From assembly GCA_946055095.1 (NCBI GenBank), contig CAMGEM010000001.1, positions 1-56,268 of the forward strand: DNA of 56,268 bases, read 5' to 3'. The DNA comes from an uncultured Parabacteroides sp. Its GTDB lineage: Bacteria; Bacteroidota; Bacteroidia; Bacteroidales; Tannerellaceae. Shown piece by piece: positions 1 through 8,926 of this stretch (position 1 is the stretch's first letter; each line of letters starts with the position of its first letter). A program made the translations under genes and the position numbers. The notes beneath the pieces were generated by a model. It saw nothing but the letters and a program-made list of their open reading frames with translations, searched no databases and was not told the DNA's origin.

Positions 1-39
1 CTTGGCCTTGTGGCTCATGCGGAGGGTCTTTAAAACAAG

Positions 40-981
40 ATGCATGCGATGAAAGAAAAGCAAGCGCAGGCGGTCAGCCTGTTTCAGCGGCCACTTTGGG
101 TGGCCATTTTCGCCCTCACGGCGGCGGTGGTCTGGGGATGGGCCTATCCGTTGATCAAGTTGGGATTCAAGGAATTTGCGATCACGCCGGAAATGACGGG
201 CAGCAAGATGCTCTTTGCGGGTGTCCGTTTCTGTCTCTCGGGGTTGATCATCTTGGCGATGGCCAAGGGTAGGGGATTCTCTTTCCGGTTGCGACAGGGG
301 AGCGACTGTGGTTTCCTCTTGCTCTATGCCTTGTTCAACACCACGTTTCACTATGCCTTCTTCTACTTTGGCCTGTCGCACAGCGAGGGGGCAAGGGCGG
401 CCATCTTGAATACGCTCAGTGTCTTCACGGTCGTGATCCTCGCCTGTCTCTTTTTCAAGAGCGATAAACTGACACTGCGAAAGATCTTGGGCTGCTTGAT
501 CGGTTTCTTGGGCATCCTGGCCCTCAATCTCGGCGGTGAGCAGGGAGGGACGGGGTTCACTTGGTTGGGCGATGGGATGATCATCCTCAATGCGCTCAGT
601 TCAGCGGTGGCCTCTTTGATGACTCGAGGTCTGAGCCAGCGGGTGAATGTCTTCGTGGGCACCGGCTACAGCTTGGCTTTGGGAGGCTTCTTGCTGATTG
701 TGCCCGGGCTGCTGCTGGGGGGCACGTTGCCACTGATCACCCCGTTGGGATTGCTCTATCTGTTGCTGTTGATCGGTATCTCCACCACCGGCTTCTCGCT
801 CTACAACAAGCTGCTCAGCTGCAATCCCGTGGGGAAGGTGGCTATCTACAACTCCTTGATACCGGTCATTGGTGCGCTCACCTCCTGTCTTTGCTTAGGG
901 GAGACCTTCTACACGAAATATCTGATTGCCGGAGCCTTGGCTACCTGGGGCATCTATTTAGTCAATAAGGGCAAAGGATAA
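40..981 (+). CDS. EamA/DMT family transporter
   Basis: 313 aa, about 10 hydrophobic segments in two repeats; N-terminal 'AVVWGWAYPLIK' and 'FAGVRF' are typical of EamA. Confidence 0.85.
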   Translation: MHAMKEKQAQAVSLFQRPLWVAIFALTAAVVWGWAYPLIKLGFKEFAITPEMTGSKMLFAGVRFCLSGLIILAMAKGRGFSFRLRQGSDCGFLLLYALFNTTFHYAFFYFGLSHSEGARAAILNTLSVFTVVILACLFFKSDKLTLRKILGCLIGFLGILALNLGGEQGGTGFTWLGDGMIILNALSSAVASLMTRGLSQRVNVFVGTGYSLALGGFLLIVPGLLLGGTLPLITPLGLLYLLLLIGISTTGFSLYNKLLSCNPVGKVAIYNSLIPVIGALTSCLCLGETFYTKYLIAGALATWGIYLVNKGKG

Positions 982-996
982 AGAATTTATGTTGCT

Positions 997-1139
997 GGGA
1001 AGCGCAAAAAACATTGCCCATCGTTTCAAAAAACGTTGCCCGTAGAAATAAAAAACGTTGCCCATGTTTTTTGGAAACATTGCCCGTGATTTTAGAAAAC
1101 GTTGCCCATGATTTTGGAAAACCATGGGCAATTCTTTTC
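997..1139. repeat. Intergenic 22-bp-period repeat element, copy 1 (5 direct units plus 1 inverted unit)
   Basis: TTGCCC cores start at 1014, 1036, 1058, 1080 and 1102, each preceded by an A-tract and CR. Inverted GGGCAA at 1126 closes the hairpin TTGCCCATG...CATGGGCAA. Lies between convergent genes. Confidence 0.92.
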
Positions 1140-1153
1140 AATCAACTGGGCTC

Positions 1154-1531
1154 TTAGAAATGCAAGGTTACCTCTTTGCCAAACGGGGCTAAGGACAATC
1201 CCGCCATCTTGAAGTGTTGCTTGGCGAAGGGGATGCCGATGATGGTGATGCAGAGCAGCACACCAAAGAAGAGGTGCATCAAGCAGGCCCATAGGCCACC
1301 GAAGATAATCCATATCAGATTCAGAGGGATGCGGATGCACCCGATGGGGCCATCCGTCTCCTTCACCTCCGCTCCGAACGGCCAGAGGCATAGCAGACCG
1401 ATTTTGAAGGTTTGCAACGCCACGGGGATGCCGATGATCGTGATGGCCAAGGCCAAGCTTCCCGTGAAATAACCGATGGCAGCCTCTAATCCTCCAAAGA
1501 GCCACCACAATAAGTTTCCAATAATACGCAT
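1154..1531 (-). CDS. yccF: YccF domain inner membrane protein
   Basis: Duplicated 'NxxWxxFGG...ITIIGIP...PFG' motif, 125 aa. Confidence 0.9.
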   Translation of the reverse strand: MRIIGNLLWWLFGGLEAAIGYFTGSLALAITIIGIPVALQTFKIGLLCLWPFGAEVKETDGPIGCIRIPLNLIWIIFGGLWACLMHLFFGVLLCITIIGIPFAKQHFKMAGLSLAPFGKEVTLHF

Positions 1532-1532
1532 A

Positions 1533-1943
1533 CTAATACTTTTTAAATATATAGGTCTTGCCTTCGCTGGAGAGGGTCAGTCGGCTACCGGTGGATTCCT
1601 CGATCTGGAAGGTACGCTTGGGAGCGCTCCAGTCCGTGATGGGGAGGAAGTCTTTGATGGTGATGAAGTAGGAGACAAGCTCTAACTCCAGGTGCTGGTC
1701 ATCGACCAGGGTCTTGTAGCCATACATGTTGCGGACGCTATCTATGGCGGGCACATAGACCTGATACTCAAAAAGGGAGTTTTGAAAGTTGTACCATACC
1801 GTATCTACCGTTTCGATCTGCCCGTTTTGCTCCACCGTCTTCAACTGCCATTTGCCTTCCAACTGACGCTCCAATGAATCGCCGCAAGCGATCAAACTCA
1901 ATAAGCCGCCGCAGAGGGCGATCATCCGTTTATGCTTTCTCAT
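1533..1943 (-). CDS. Lipocalin-like domain lipoprotein
   Basis: Start moved to ATG 1943 (MRKHKRMIALCGGLLSLIAC, lipobox LIAC); 'LEGKWQL' is a lipocalin GxW motif. Confidence 0.7.
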   Translation of the reverse strand: MRKHKRMIALCGGLLSLIACGDSLERQLEGKWQLKTVEQNGQIETVDTVWYNFQNSLFEYQVYVPAIDSVRNMYGYKTLVDDQHLELELVSYFITIKDFLPITDWSAPKRTFQIEESTGSRLTLSSEGKTYIFKKY

Positions 1944-2940
1944 GCGGCATCTCCTCCTGTTCTTTCGCTGTGGTGAAATTTCGTTGTTCATCAATGATGT
2001 ATTCGGGTCTCGCCTTGATCTCATCGAACAGGATACCTACGTATTGCCCCAACACACCCACGGTCAGCAGCTGCACGCCACCAAAGAAGATGATGGAGGT
2101 CATGATGGAGGTCCAGCCCACCTCGGCGTTGCTGAATCCATAAATCTTGCCCAACGTGAACCAGATGGCTAACACGATACCGACCAAGACGGAGATAAAG
2201 CCTAACCCCGTGGCTAACCGCAGCGGCTTCTTGGAGAAATAGAGCATGGCGTTGGAGGCGAAAGAGACCATCTTGCCAATGGGGTATTTGGTCTCGCCGG
2301 CGATGCGTGCCTCGCGCTCGTAATAGAAAGGGACTTGGTGGAACCCCACCCAGCTGATTAACCCACGGATGTATTTGCCTCGCTCATGAAACCGGTTGAA
2401 GGCTGCGATCACCTTTCGGTCGATCAATCGGAAATCACCCGTGTCTAATGGGAAGTGCACCTCACTCATGCGATTCATGACCCGATAGAAGGCTTTCGCC
2501 GTGAACAGCTTGAAGAAGCTCTCTCCGGCTCGTGAGCGGCGTACGCAATAGACCACATTGGCCTGTTCCTCGGCTTGCTTGCGCAATAGATCGGGGATGA
2601 GCTCAGGTGGATCTTGCATATCGGCATCCATAATAATGGCAAAATCGGCATCGCAATGGTTGATGCCCGCTGTCACCGCAGGTTGGTGCCCGAAGTTGCG
2701 TGAGAAGTGGAGCACCTTCACCTTCGGATCCGTTGCGGCGATACGGTCCAAAAGGGATCGGGTCTGGTCGCTACTGCCATCGTTGATGTAGATGATCTCC
2801 GTGGGTTGCGGCAGACGGTCTAAGGCGGCCCGTGTGCGTTGATAAGAGGCTTCGATGACAGCCTCCTCGTTGTAGCAAGGCACGATGACGGCCACTTTTT
2901 GCAGCGGGTGATCTGCTGTTCTTACTTGCTCATTGCTCAT
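1930..2940 (-). CDS. GT2 polyprenyl-phosphate glycosyltransferase (GtrB/ArnC/YkcC-like)
   Basis: VPCYNEE, INDGSSD, SRNFGHQ, MDADMQDPPE, DTGDFRL, two C-terminal TM helices, 'RPEYII' end. Confidence 0.92.
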   Translation of the reverse strand: MSNEQVRTADHPLQKVAVIVPCYNEEAVIEASYQRTRAALDRLPQPTEIIYINDGSSDQTRSLLDRIAATDPKVKVLHFSRNFGHQPAVTAGINHCDADFAIIMDADMQDPPELIPDLLRKQAEEQANVVYCVRRSRAGESFFKLFTAKAFYRVMNRMSEVHFPLDTGDFRLIDRKVIAAFNRFHERGKYIRGLISWVGFHQVPFYYEREARIAGETKYPIGKMVSFASNAMLYFSKKPLRLATGLGFISVLVGIVLAIWFTLGKIYGFSNAEVGWTSIMTSIIFFGGVQLLTVGVLGQYVGILFDEIKARPEYIIDEQRNFTTAKEQEEMPHEKA

Positions 2941-2964
2941 TGTATGCTCCTTTCCGTGTGCCCC

Positions 2965-3345
2965 TCACACCCTAAACGTATAAAACTTGCTCATTAAGAA
3001 GTTCAAGACCGTGTAAAATGCCATGCCCAGCAGGTGGTTGTAGTAGTGGTCGATGGTCAGCTGAGCGTTCAGCAGCATGACGACCACATATTGCAGCACG
3101 TAGCAAATCACAAACGCAATGGCAAAACGCATCGCGCTTTTGCCCCATCCTGCTCCACTGCCCTTGAAGGTCCATTGCTTGTTCCAGACAAAGCTATTCA
3201 ACAATCCAGCCACATATCCCGTGAAGTTAGACAGACCCTCACGGCATCCTAAGAGCTTCATCATCACGAAGATCACGATCATGGTGATCAATGTGTTGCT
3301 GAGTCCTACAACTCCATATTTAATCGCTTGCTTTAGTGCTTTCAT
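2965..3345 (-). CDS. GtrA family flippase-like protein
   Basis: 126 aa, 4 TM, 'KYGVVG..NT', 'NSFVWNKQWTF', 'NFLMSKFYTF'; adjacent to a GtrB-like gene. Confidence 0.88.
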   Translation of the reverse strand: MKALKQAIKYGVVGLSNTLITMIVIFVMMKLLGCREGLSNFTGYVAGLLNSFVWNKQWTFKGSGAGWGKSAMRFAIAFVICYVLQYVVVMLLNAQLTIDHYYNHLLGMAFYTVLNFLMSKFYTFRV

Positions 3346-4114
3346 TTTGTTGTCTTTCTATCTCGTGAAGAATATCCTCTTCAGTTATTTCCTGTACGTT
3401 GGAGATCGTGAAGCCATGCTGCAAGAAATCGCCAAACTCGTTGCATCCGTTGAGTATCTGGTCAAAAATGGCTTGTACATTAGCCTTGATCGGGATCAGG
3501 CAGAGCAAACGGACATAGAGATCCTTGATCTCCAAGCGTTCGATCTCGCAATCGGCATGGGAGAATTGGAAGGTCACCTCATCTTCGATGGTCTGACGCT
3601 GGAAGGGGAGTAGGGGCTCCTTGCCCTTGGCATACAACACGATGCTAAAGCGCATCTTCTGCCCCTTACCACCCATAGCGGTGGCTATGTAGATCTGTTT
3701 CTCGTTAGAGAGTTCCGTTTCCAAGGCGAGCCGAGACTCCATGAGTGCCATAGCCGTCCAATCGGCAACTTCCGGGTCGGGATGCTTGATGTAGGACTGC
3801 AACATGCGGAACGCCTTGACTGAGCGTGAGATGGCTAAGAGGGTGAGCAGACGGCGTTTCTCCGCTTTCCCGATGGGAGCCGTTTCCGCTGCCTGCTCGT
3901 CTTGCAAGGCGGCATAGATCTCGTCCACTCGTTCGTCATCGAAAGGGAGTTGGGCGGATTGTTCTCGCTTCAGCTTGTCGGAAAACTTAAAGTATGCAAC
4001 TTGCCTTTGCACAGGAACTTGCTGCTCAAGAATGTGCAGATTCCCTTGCAGGTTCTGCATCGAATCGGCAAAATTCCTTATCGCATCATTATGATTAGGT
4101 TTAGAAATGCTCAC
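3320..4114 (-). CDS. Hypothetical protein (start uncertain)
   Basis: Long ORF co-oriented with and overlapping the gtrA-like gene. Start placed at GTG 4114 because a minus-strand -7 promoter element lies at 4152-4159; a later ATG (MQNLQG) is possible. Confidence 0.65.
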   Translation of the reverse strand: MSISKPNHNDAIRNFADSMQNLQGNLHILEQQVPVQRQVAYFKFSDKLKREQSAQLPFDDERVDEIYAALQDEQAAETAPIGKAEKRRLLTLLAISRSVKAFRMLQSYIKHPDPEVADWTAMALMESRLALETELSNEKQIYIATAMGGKGQKMRFSIVLYAKGKEPLLPFQRQTIEDEVTFQFSHADCEIERLEIKDLYVRLLCLIPIKANVQAIFDQILNGCNEFGDFLQHGFTISNVQEITEEDILHEIERQQNESTKASD

Positions 4115-4151
4115 GGTTATGTTCTTAAACAAAAATACATCAGAAACCATG

Positions 4152-4189
4152 CAAAGGTAATGCTTTTCTTGGGAAAATGCGTATCTTCG
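4152..4189. promoter_or_regulatory. Divergent Bacteroidetes sigma-A -7 elements
   Basis: Minus strand TACCTTTG (4152-4159) and plus strand variant TATCTTCG (4182-4189), each just upstream of its gene. Confidence 0.6.
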
Positions 4190-4209
4190 CACACAAATCC
4201 ATATCGAAT

Positions 4210-5772
4210 ATGAAATTGACACTTCCCAAAAGAATAGATGGGGCCGATCCCGTCACCCTCGACGCCAAGGTCTGGGTCGTGATTGGTACGAACGGTGCGG
4301 GAAAGAGCTCTTTCGGACGAGATCTGATGGAGCGATACGCCCCGAATGTCATGATGATCTCCGGTTTGCGTGCGCTTTTTATCACCAGCGATGATGCCAC
4401 GCCCGATCCGAGCGAGGATGAGCCTACCCGTTTGCGCAAGCTATTGGAGCGTAGGATGTTGATGCCCCGTCTCTCGGAATATGAGAAGCTGATCTTGCGG
4501 TTGCAGATGGAGGAGTTCGAGGCCGCGGTCGAGTTCAAGGAGGCCGCGAAACGGGAGGTGAACGTCTCTCCTCCGCGCACCAAGATGGATGTGATCCAGG
4601 AGGTGTGGGAGCGCATGTTCCCGCATAATCGGCTGATCCGGAAGAGAGGCTTCATCGAGTTGATCTCCACGGGGCGTGAGAGCGGTGCTTACACGGCTGG
4701 CCGCATGAGCGATAGCGAGAAGTTGGTGTTCTATCTGCTGGGTGCTGCGCTCTCCGCTGAGCCGAATGCCTTGCTGATCGTGGAGGAGCCGGAGACGTTG
4801 CTACACAACTCCATCAAGCATCAGTTGTGGAATGAGATCGAGGCGCTGCGTCCCGATTGCACGTTTGTCTATTTGACACATGATATTGATTTTGCCACGG
4901 CCCGTCCGGAGGGGCAGCGCATCTGGATCCGTGCCTACGATGCGGATGCCCAGCTGTGGGATTATGCCTTGATCGAACGTGACGAGAGCCTGCCGGATGA
5001 GCTATACATGGAGGTGCTGGGCTCACGCAAGCCGATTCTTTTTATTGAGGGGACAGATACCAACAGCATAGACAGCAAGCTCTATCCCTTTATTTTCCCC
5101 GATTATTTGGTGAAGCCGATGGGCGGTTGCCAGAAGGTGATCGAGACCACCAAGGCCTTTAGCCAGCTCAAGGATTTCCACATGTTAGATAGCCGGGGCA
5201 TTGTGGATCGGGATCGGCGCACGACGGAGGAGATCGCCTATTTGCGTCAGCAACATATTTATGTGCCGGAGGTGGCGGAGGTGGAGAATCTCTTGATGCT
5301 TGAGCCGGTGATCAAGGTGGTTGCGGCGAGGCTGATGAAAGTGCCGGAAGAGGTCTTCGGCTTGGTGAAGGAGAACGTGATTCGCTTGTTTGAGAAAGAG
5401 TTAGATGCACAGGTGATTCTCCATGCGAAGCATCAGGTGCGTAAGCGGTTGGAGCTGACGGTCGATCGAAAGATCTCCACCATGGAGCAACTGGCCGACC
5501 ACGTGGAGCGCATCCGCCAACAGATCCATGTGGAGCAGATCTACCAGCAGATCAAGGCACAGTTCCAAGCGTTGATCGATCAGCAAGACTATGCGGGCAT
5601 CTTGCGGGTGTATAACCAGAAGGGGATGCTGCCGCAAAGCCGGCTGTGTGCGATATGTGGGATCAGCAACAAGGAGAGCTACCTGAATCTGATCCTTTCC
5701 ATTCTGAAAGAGAACCAATCGGACGCGGAGGCGATCCGCCTCGCCATTCAACAGGCGCTGGGTGCCGCCTGA
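4210..5772 (+). CDS. Fused ABC/AAA_21-type ATPase plus TOPRIM-like DUF4435 protein (PARIS AriAB/OLD-like architecture)
   Basis: Walker A GTNGAGKS, signature MSDSEK, Walker B LLIVEEPE, H-loop LTHD; C-terminal FIEG..D, VDRD (DxD), EVENL; ATG 4210 follows the -7 element. Confidence 0.8.
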   Translation: MKLTLPKRIDGADPVTLDAKVWVVIGTNGAGKSSFGRDLMERYAPNVMMISGLRALFITSDDATPDPSEDEPTRLRKLLERRMLMPRLSEYEKLILRLQMEEFEAAVEFKEAAKREVNVSPPRTKMDVIQEVWERMFPHNRLIRKRGFIELISTGRESGAYTAGRMSDSEKLVFYLLGAALSAEPNALLIVEEPETLLHNSIKHQLWNEIEALRPDCTFVYLTHDIDFATARPEGQRIWIRAYDADAQLWDYALIERDESLPDELYMEVLGSRKPILFIEGTDTNSIDSKLYPFIFPDYLVKPMGGCQKVIETTKAFSQLKDFHMLDSRGIVDRDRRTTEEIAYLRQQHIYVPEVAEVENLLMLEPVIKVVAARLMKVPEEVFGLVKENVIRLFEKELDAQVILHAKHQVRKRLELTVDRKISTMEQLADHVERIRQQIHVEQIYQQIKAQFQALIDQQDYAGILRVYNQKGMLPQSRLCAICGISNKESYLNLILSILKENQSDAEAIRLAIQQALGAA

Positions 5773-5859
5773 ATTTTTTTCGGTGGGAAAAATGTGGAGA
5801 AGTCCGTAAAAAGTCGTTCTTTTGTAGTCGTTTTTTAAGCTTATAGTTATTGCGTTTTT

Positions 5860-7629
5860 ATGCGAACACCTACACTTCAATATCTTTACCTGCAAAAGCC
5901 GGTAACGCTGATTGTAATCATTTGTCTGCTTTCCGTCCTGCCATGGATCGGTATGGGTGAGTTTTCTACGAAGGGGGAACCTCGTGAGGCCGCAGTCGCT
6001 ATCTCTATGATAGAGAGCGGGAATTGGGTGCTGCCTCAGACCTACGCAGACGAGTTTGCCTTTAAGCCGCCGATGGCCCATTGGCTGATGGCGATCTGCT
6101 CGTTGCCGGGTGGAGCCGTGACGGAGTTTACCTCTCGTCTGCCTTCCGCCGTGGCTTTTGTGGTGTTGATGGGCTTTGTGTTGGTTTTCTTTGGTCGAAG
6201 GATCACCCGATTCCATGAGGCGTTCATCGCAACCTTGCTGCTGATCACCAGCGTGGAGATCCATCGGGCGGCGATGACCACCCGTGTAGATATGTTGCTA
6301 ACCACCTTCATGGTGCTGGGGCTATTCCAGCTATACCGATGGGAGGAGCAGTTAGAACTGAAAGGATTGCCCATCGTGATTCCACTCTTATTGGGGTGTG
6401 CGGTGCTGACCAAGGGACCTGTGGGGATCGTCTTGCCGCTATTCGTGTTTACGGTTTATCTGCTGCTATTGGGGAAGTATTCCTTCCTGACGATTGGCAA
6501 GGTGGTCTTTTATGCCGGTCTATCCTCCATTTTCCTCCCTTCGTTGTGGTATATCGCCGCTTGGCGACAGGGGGGAGATGCCTTCTTGGACTTGGTCGTG
6601 GCCGAGAACTTCGGCCGTTTCTTCCACCTAAGTGCCGAGGCTATTCCCTATGAGTTGGGGCATGAGAATGGGGTATGGTACAATTTCGCCACATTGGCCG
6701 CTGGCTTCGCGCCTTGGACCCTCTTTTTCTTCTTCTCGCTGTTTGGGATGAATAAGATCAGTTGCCCGGAGCGTCCTTTCAAGCGGTTCCTTGTGGACTT
6801 GTGGCAGCGTGTCAGGGGCATGGAGAAGGTGCGACTGTTTAGCTTGGTGGCCCTGGTCTGCATCCTGTTCTTCTATTCCATCCCCTCCAGCAAGCGGAGT
6901 GTCTATCTGATGCCCGCCTATCCCTTTATCTCGCTTTTCTTAGCGCAATATGCCCTCTATATCACGGAATACCGCACCCGTTGCACCCGTTTCTTCGCAG
7001 CGGTGCTGACAGCGTTGATCACGGTGCTCCTGATCGGTTGCCTCTTGGTGATGGTAGGGGCTATTGACCCCGTGCGTATGGTGGAGGCCTATACCCAGAA
7101 GGAGAGCGTGCTCTATGCCGTTCAATTGGTGGGAGATCGGTTGGTGCATCCTAATCTGTTGACTTGGTGCATCGTGGATGCGAATATCTTGGCCCTGCTG
7201 ACCCTCTATTATCAGCTTTTCAAGAAGATCAACATCAAGATGCTCTATGCGACGATCCTGCTGACGTTCACGGTGAACGGCTTGGTGGATGGGGTAGTCA
7301 TGCCGGCCTATCGCAAAGGGCATTCTGCCAAAGCGTTCGCGGAGCAGATCCGACAGACCTATCCGGATAGTCAAGGGAAGTTGTATGTCGTCAATGATTT
7401 GCGCCATTTCCGCAATCTGTATGGGTTGAATTTCTACATGGGCAATAGCTTCCGTGACCTGGATCATGCGCAGCCGACAACAGGCTATTTTGTCGTAGCG
7501 GAGCGGGATATGGAGCAGATCAAGGAGAGGTATGCGGGTAAATATACCTTCCAATTACTGAAGGAGACCTCCCATCCGCTCGATGAAATACACCAACGCA
7601 TTCAGCTTTATGCCTTTCAGGCGCAGTAA
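5860..7629 (+). CDS. ArnT/PMT-like GT83 (GT-C fold) membrane glycosyltransferase
   Basis: 'GEPREA..A..M..SGNWVLP', 'FKPPM.HW', 'SRLPS', 'LTKGPVG', 'SKRSVYLMP'; multiple TM segments. Confidence 0.85.
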   Translation: MRTPTLQYLYLQKPVTLIVIICLLSVLPWIGMGEFSTKGEPREAAVAISMIESGNWVLPQTYADEFAFKPPMAHWLMAICSLPGGAVTEFTSRLPSAVAFVVLMGFVLVFFGRRITRFHEAFIATLLLITSVEIHRAAMTTRVDMLLTTFMVLGLFQLYRWEEQLELKGLPIVIPLLLGCAVLTKGPVGIVLPLFVFTVYLLLLGKYSFLTIGKVVFYAGLSSIFLPSLWYIAAWRQGGDAFLDLVVAENFGRFFHLSAEAIPYELGHENGVWYNFATLAAGFAPWTLFFFFSLFGMNKISCPERPFKRFLVDLWQRVRGMEKVRLFSLVALVCILFFYSIPSSKRSVYLMPAYPFISLFLAQYALYITEYRTRCTRFFAAVLTALITVLLIGCLLVMVGAIDPVRMVEAYTQKESVLYAVQLVGDRLVHPNLLTWCIVDANILALLTLYYQLFKKINIKMLYATILLTFTVNGLVDGVVMPAYRKGHSAKAFAEQIRQTYPDSQGKLYVVNDLRHFRNLYGLNFYMGNSFRDLDHAQPTTGYFVVAERDMEQIKERYAGKYTFQLLKETSHPLDEIHQRIQLYAFQAQ

Positions 7630-7708
7630 CTTTGCATAGAAATAGCTCTTTTATCTCCAATCATTGAAAAATATGGGGCTATTTTAGTGGAGTCTCACGA
7701 AAAGTGGC

Positions 7709-7716
7709 TATTTTTG
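7709..7716 (+). promoter_or_regulatory. -7 promoter element for the nagA-nagA-nagB operon
   Basis: TATTTTTG matches TAnnTTTG about 40 bp before ATG 7755; a second match TAACTTTG at 7627-7634. Confidence 0.5.
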
Positions 7717-7754
7717 TCGAGATAAATAGATAAAACTTTAAAAACTATTATAGC

Positions 7755-8921
7755 ATGTTGACACAACTTATCAACGGAAAAATACTGACACCTCAGGGTT
7801 GGCTGAAAGATGGCTCGGTATTGATCTCAGATGGAAAAATCTTAGAAGTGACCAATTGCGATTTGGCAGTGGTCGGAGCTACACTGATTGACGCAAAAGG
7901 GATGTATATCGTTCCCGGTGGCGTGGAGATTCATGCGCATGGTGGTGGCGGACGTGACTTTATGGAGGGCACGGAAGAGGCATTCCGCACGGCGGTAGCC
8001 ACACACATGAAATATGGTACGACCAGTATTTTCCCTACACTTTCCTCTTCGACGATGCCCATGATCCGGGCGGCGGCCGCTACGACAGAGAAATTGATGG
8101 CCGAGAAAGACAGTCCTGTGCTGGGCCTGCATTTGGAGGGACATTATTTCAATATGAAAATGGCTGGGGGCCAGATGCCGGAGAACATCAAGAATCCGGA
8201 CCCGCAGGAGTATATCCCTTTGTTGGAGGAGACCCATTGCATCAAGCGTTGGGACGCGGCACCGGAATTGCCGGGAGCGATGCAGTTTGGTAAGTACATC
8301 ACCTCCAAGGGCGTGTTAGCGTCTGTAGGCCATACCCAAGCGGAGTATGAGGATATCTCGACCGCTTTCGAGGCCGGCTATAGCCATGCGACACACTTCT
8401 ACAACGCGATGCCGGGCTTCCACAAACGTCGGGAGTATAAATACGAGGGTACGGTAGAGAGTATCTACTTGATCGACCCGATGACCGTGGAGGTGGTGGC
8501 AGACGGTATCCATGTGCCTCCTACGATCTTGCGTTTGGTCTATAAGATCAAGGGCGTCGATCGCACCTGCTTGATCACGGATGCCTTGGCGTGCGCGGCC
8601 AGCGATAGTGAGGTCGCTTTCGATCCCCGTGTGATCATCGAGGATGGGGTTTGCAAGTTGGCCGATCGTTCGGCTTTGGCGGGTAGTATCGCTACGTGGG
8701 ATCGGTTGATCCGTACCGTGGTGCAGAAAGCGGATATTCCGCTGGAGGATGCGATCCGTATGGGCTCGGAGACACCGGCACGCATTATGGGCGTAGCAGA
8801 TCGCAAGGGCTCGCTGCAGAGAGGCAAGGATGCGGATATCGTATTATTAGATAAAGAGTTGCAAGTACGTGCTGTATGGAGCATGGGTAAACTGGTGGAA
8901 GGAACCAATAAATTATTTTGA
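7755..8921 (+). CDS. nagA: N-acetylglucosamine-6-phosphate deacetylase (copy 1)
   Basis: PGG.EIHAHG, HLEG, GHT, ATHFYNAM, DGIH, TDA, LAGS. Confidence 0.93.
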   Translation: MLTQLINGKILTPQGWLKDGSVLISDGKILEVTNCDLAVVGATLIDAKGMYIVPGGVEIHAHGGGGRDFMEGTEEAFRTAVATHMKYGTTSIFPTLSSSTMPMIRAAAATTEKLMAEKDSPVLGLHLEGHYFNMKMAGGQMPENIKNPDPQEYIPLLEETHCIKRWDAAPELPGAMQFGKYITSKGVLASVGHTQAEYEDISTAFEAGYSHATHFYNAMPGFHKRREYKYEGTVESIYLIDPMTVEVVADGIHVPPTILRLVYKIKGVDRTCLITDALACAASDSEVAFDPRVIIEDGVCKLADRSALAGSIATWDRLIRTVVQKADIPLEDAIRMGSETPARIMGVADRKGSLQRGKDADIVLLDKELQVRAVWSMGKLVEGTNKLF

Positions 8922-8926
8922 TTGCG

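Noticed and set aside
997-1139. CRISPR array interpretation of the 22-bp repeats (also 26005-26147)
   Set aside because: The whole period is only 22 bp, the spacers resemble one another, and there are no cas genes or leader.
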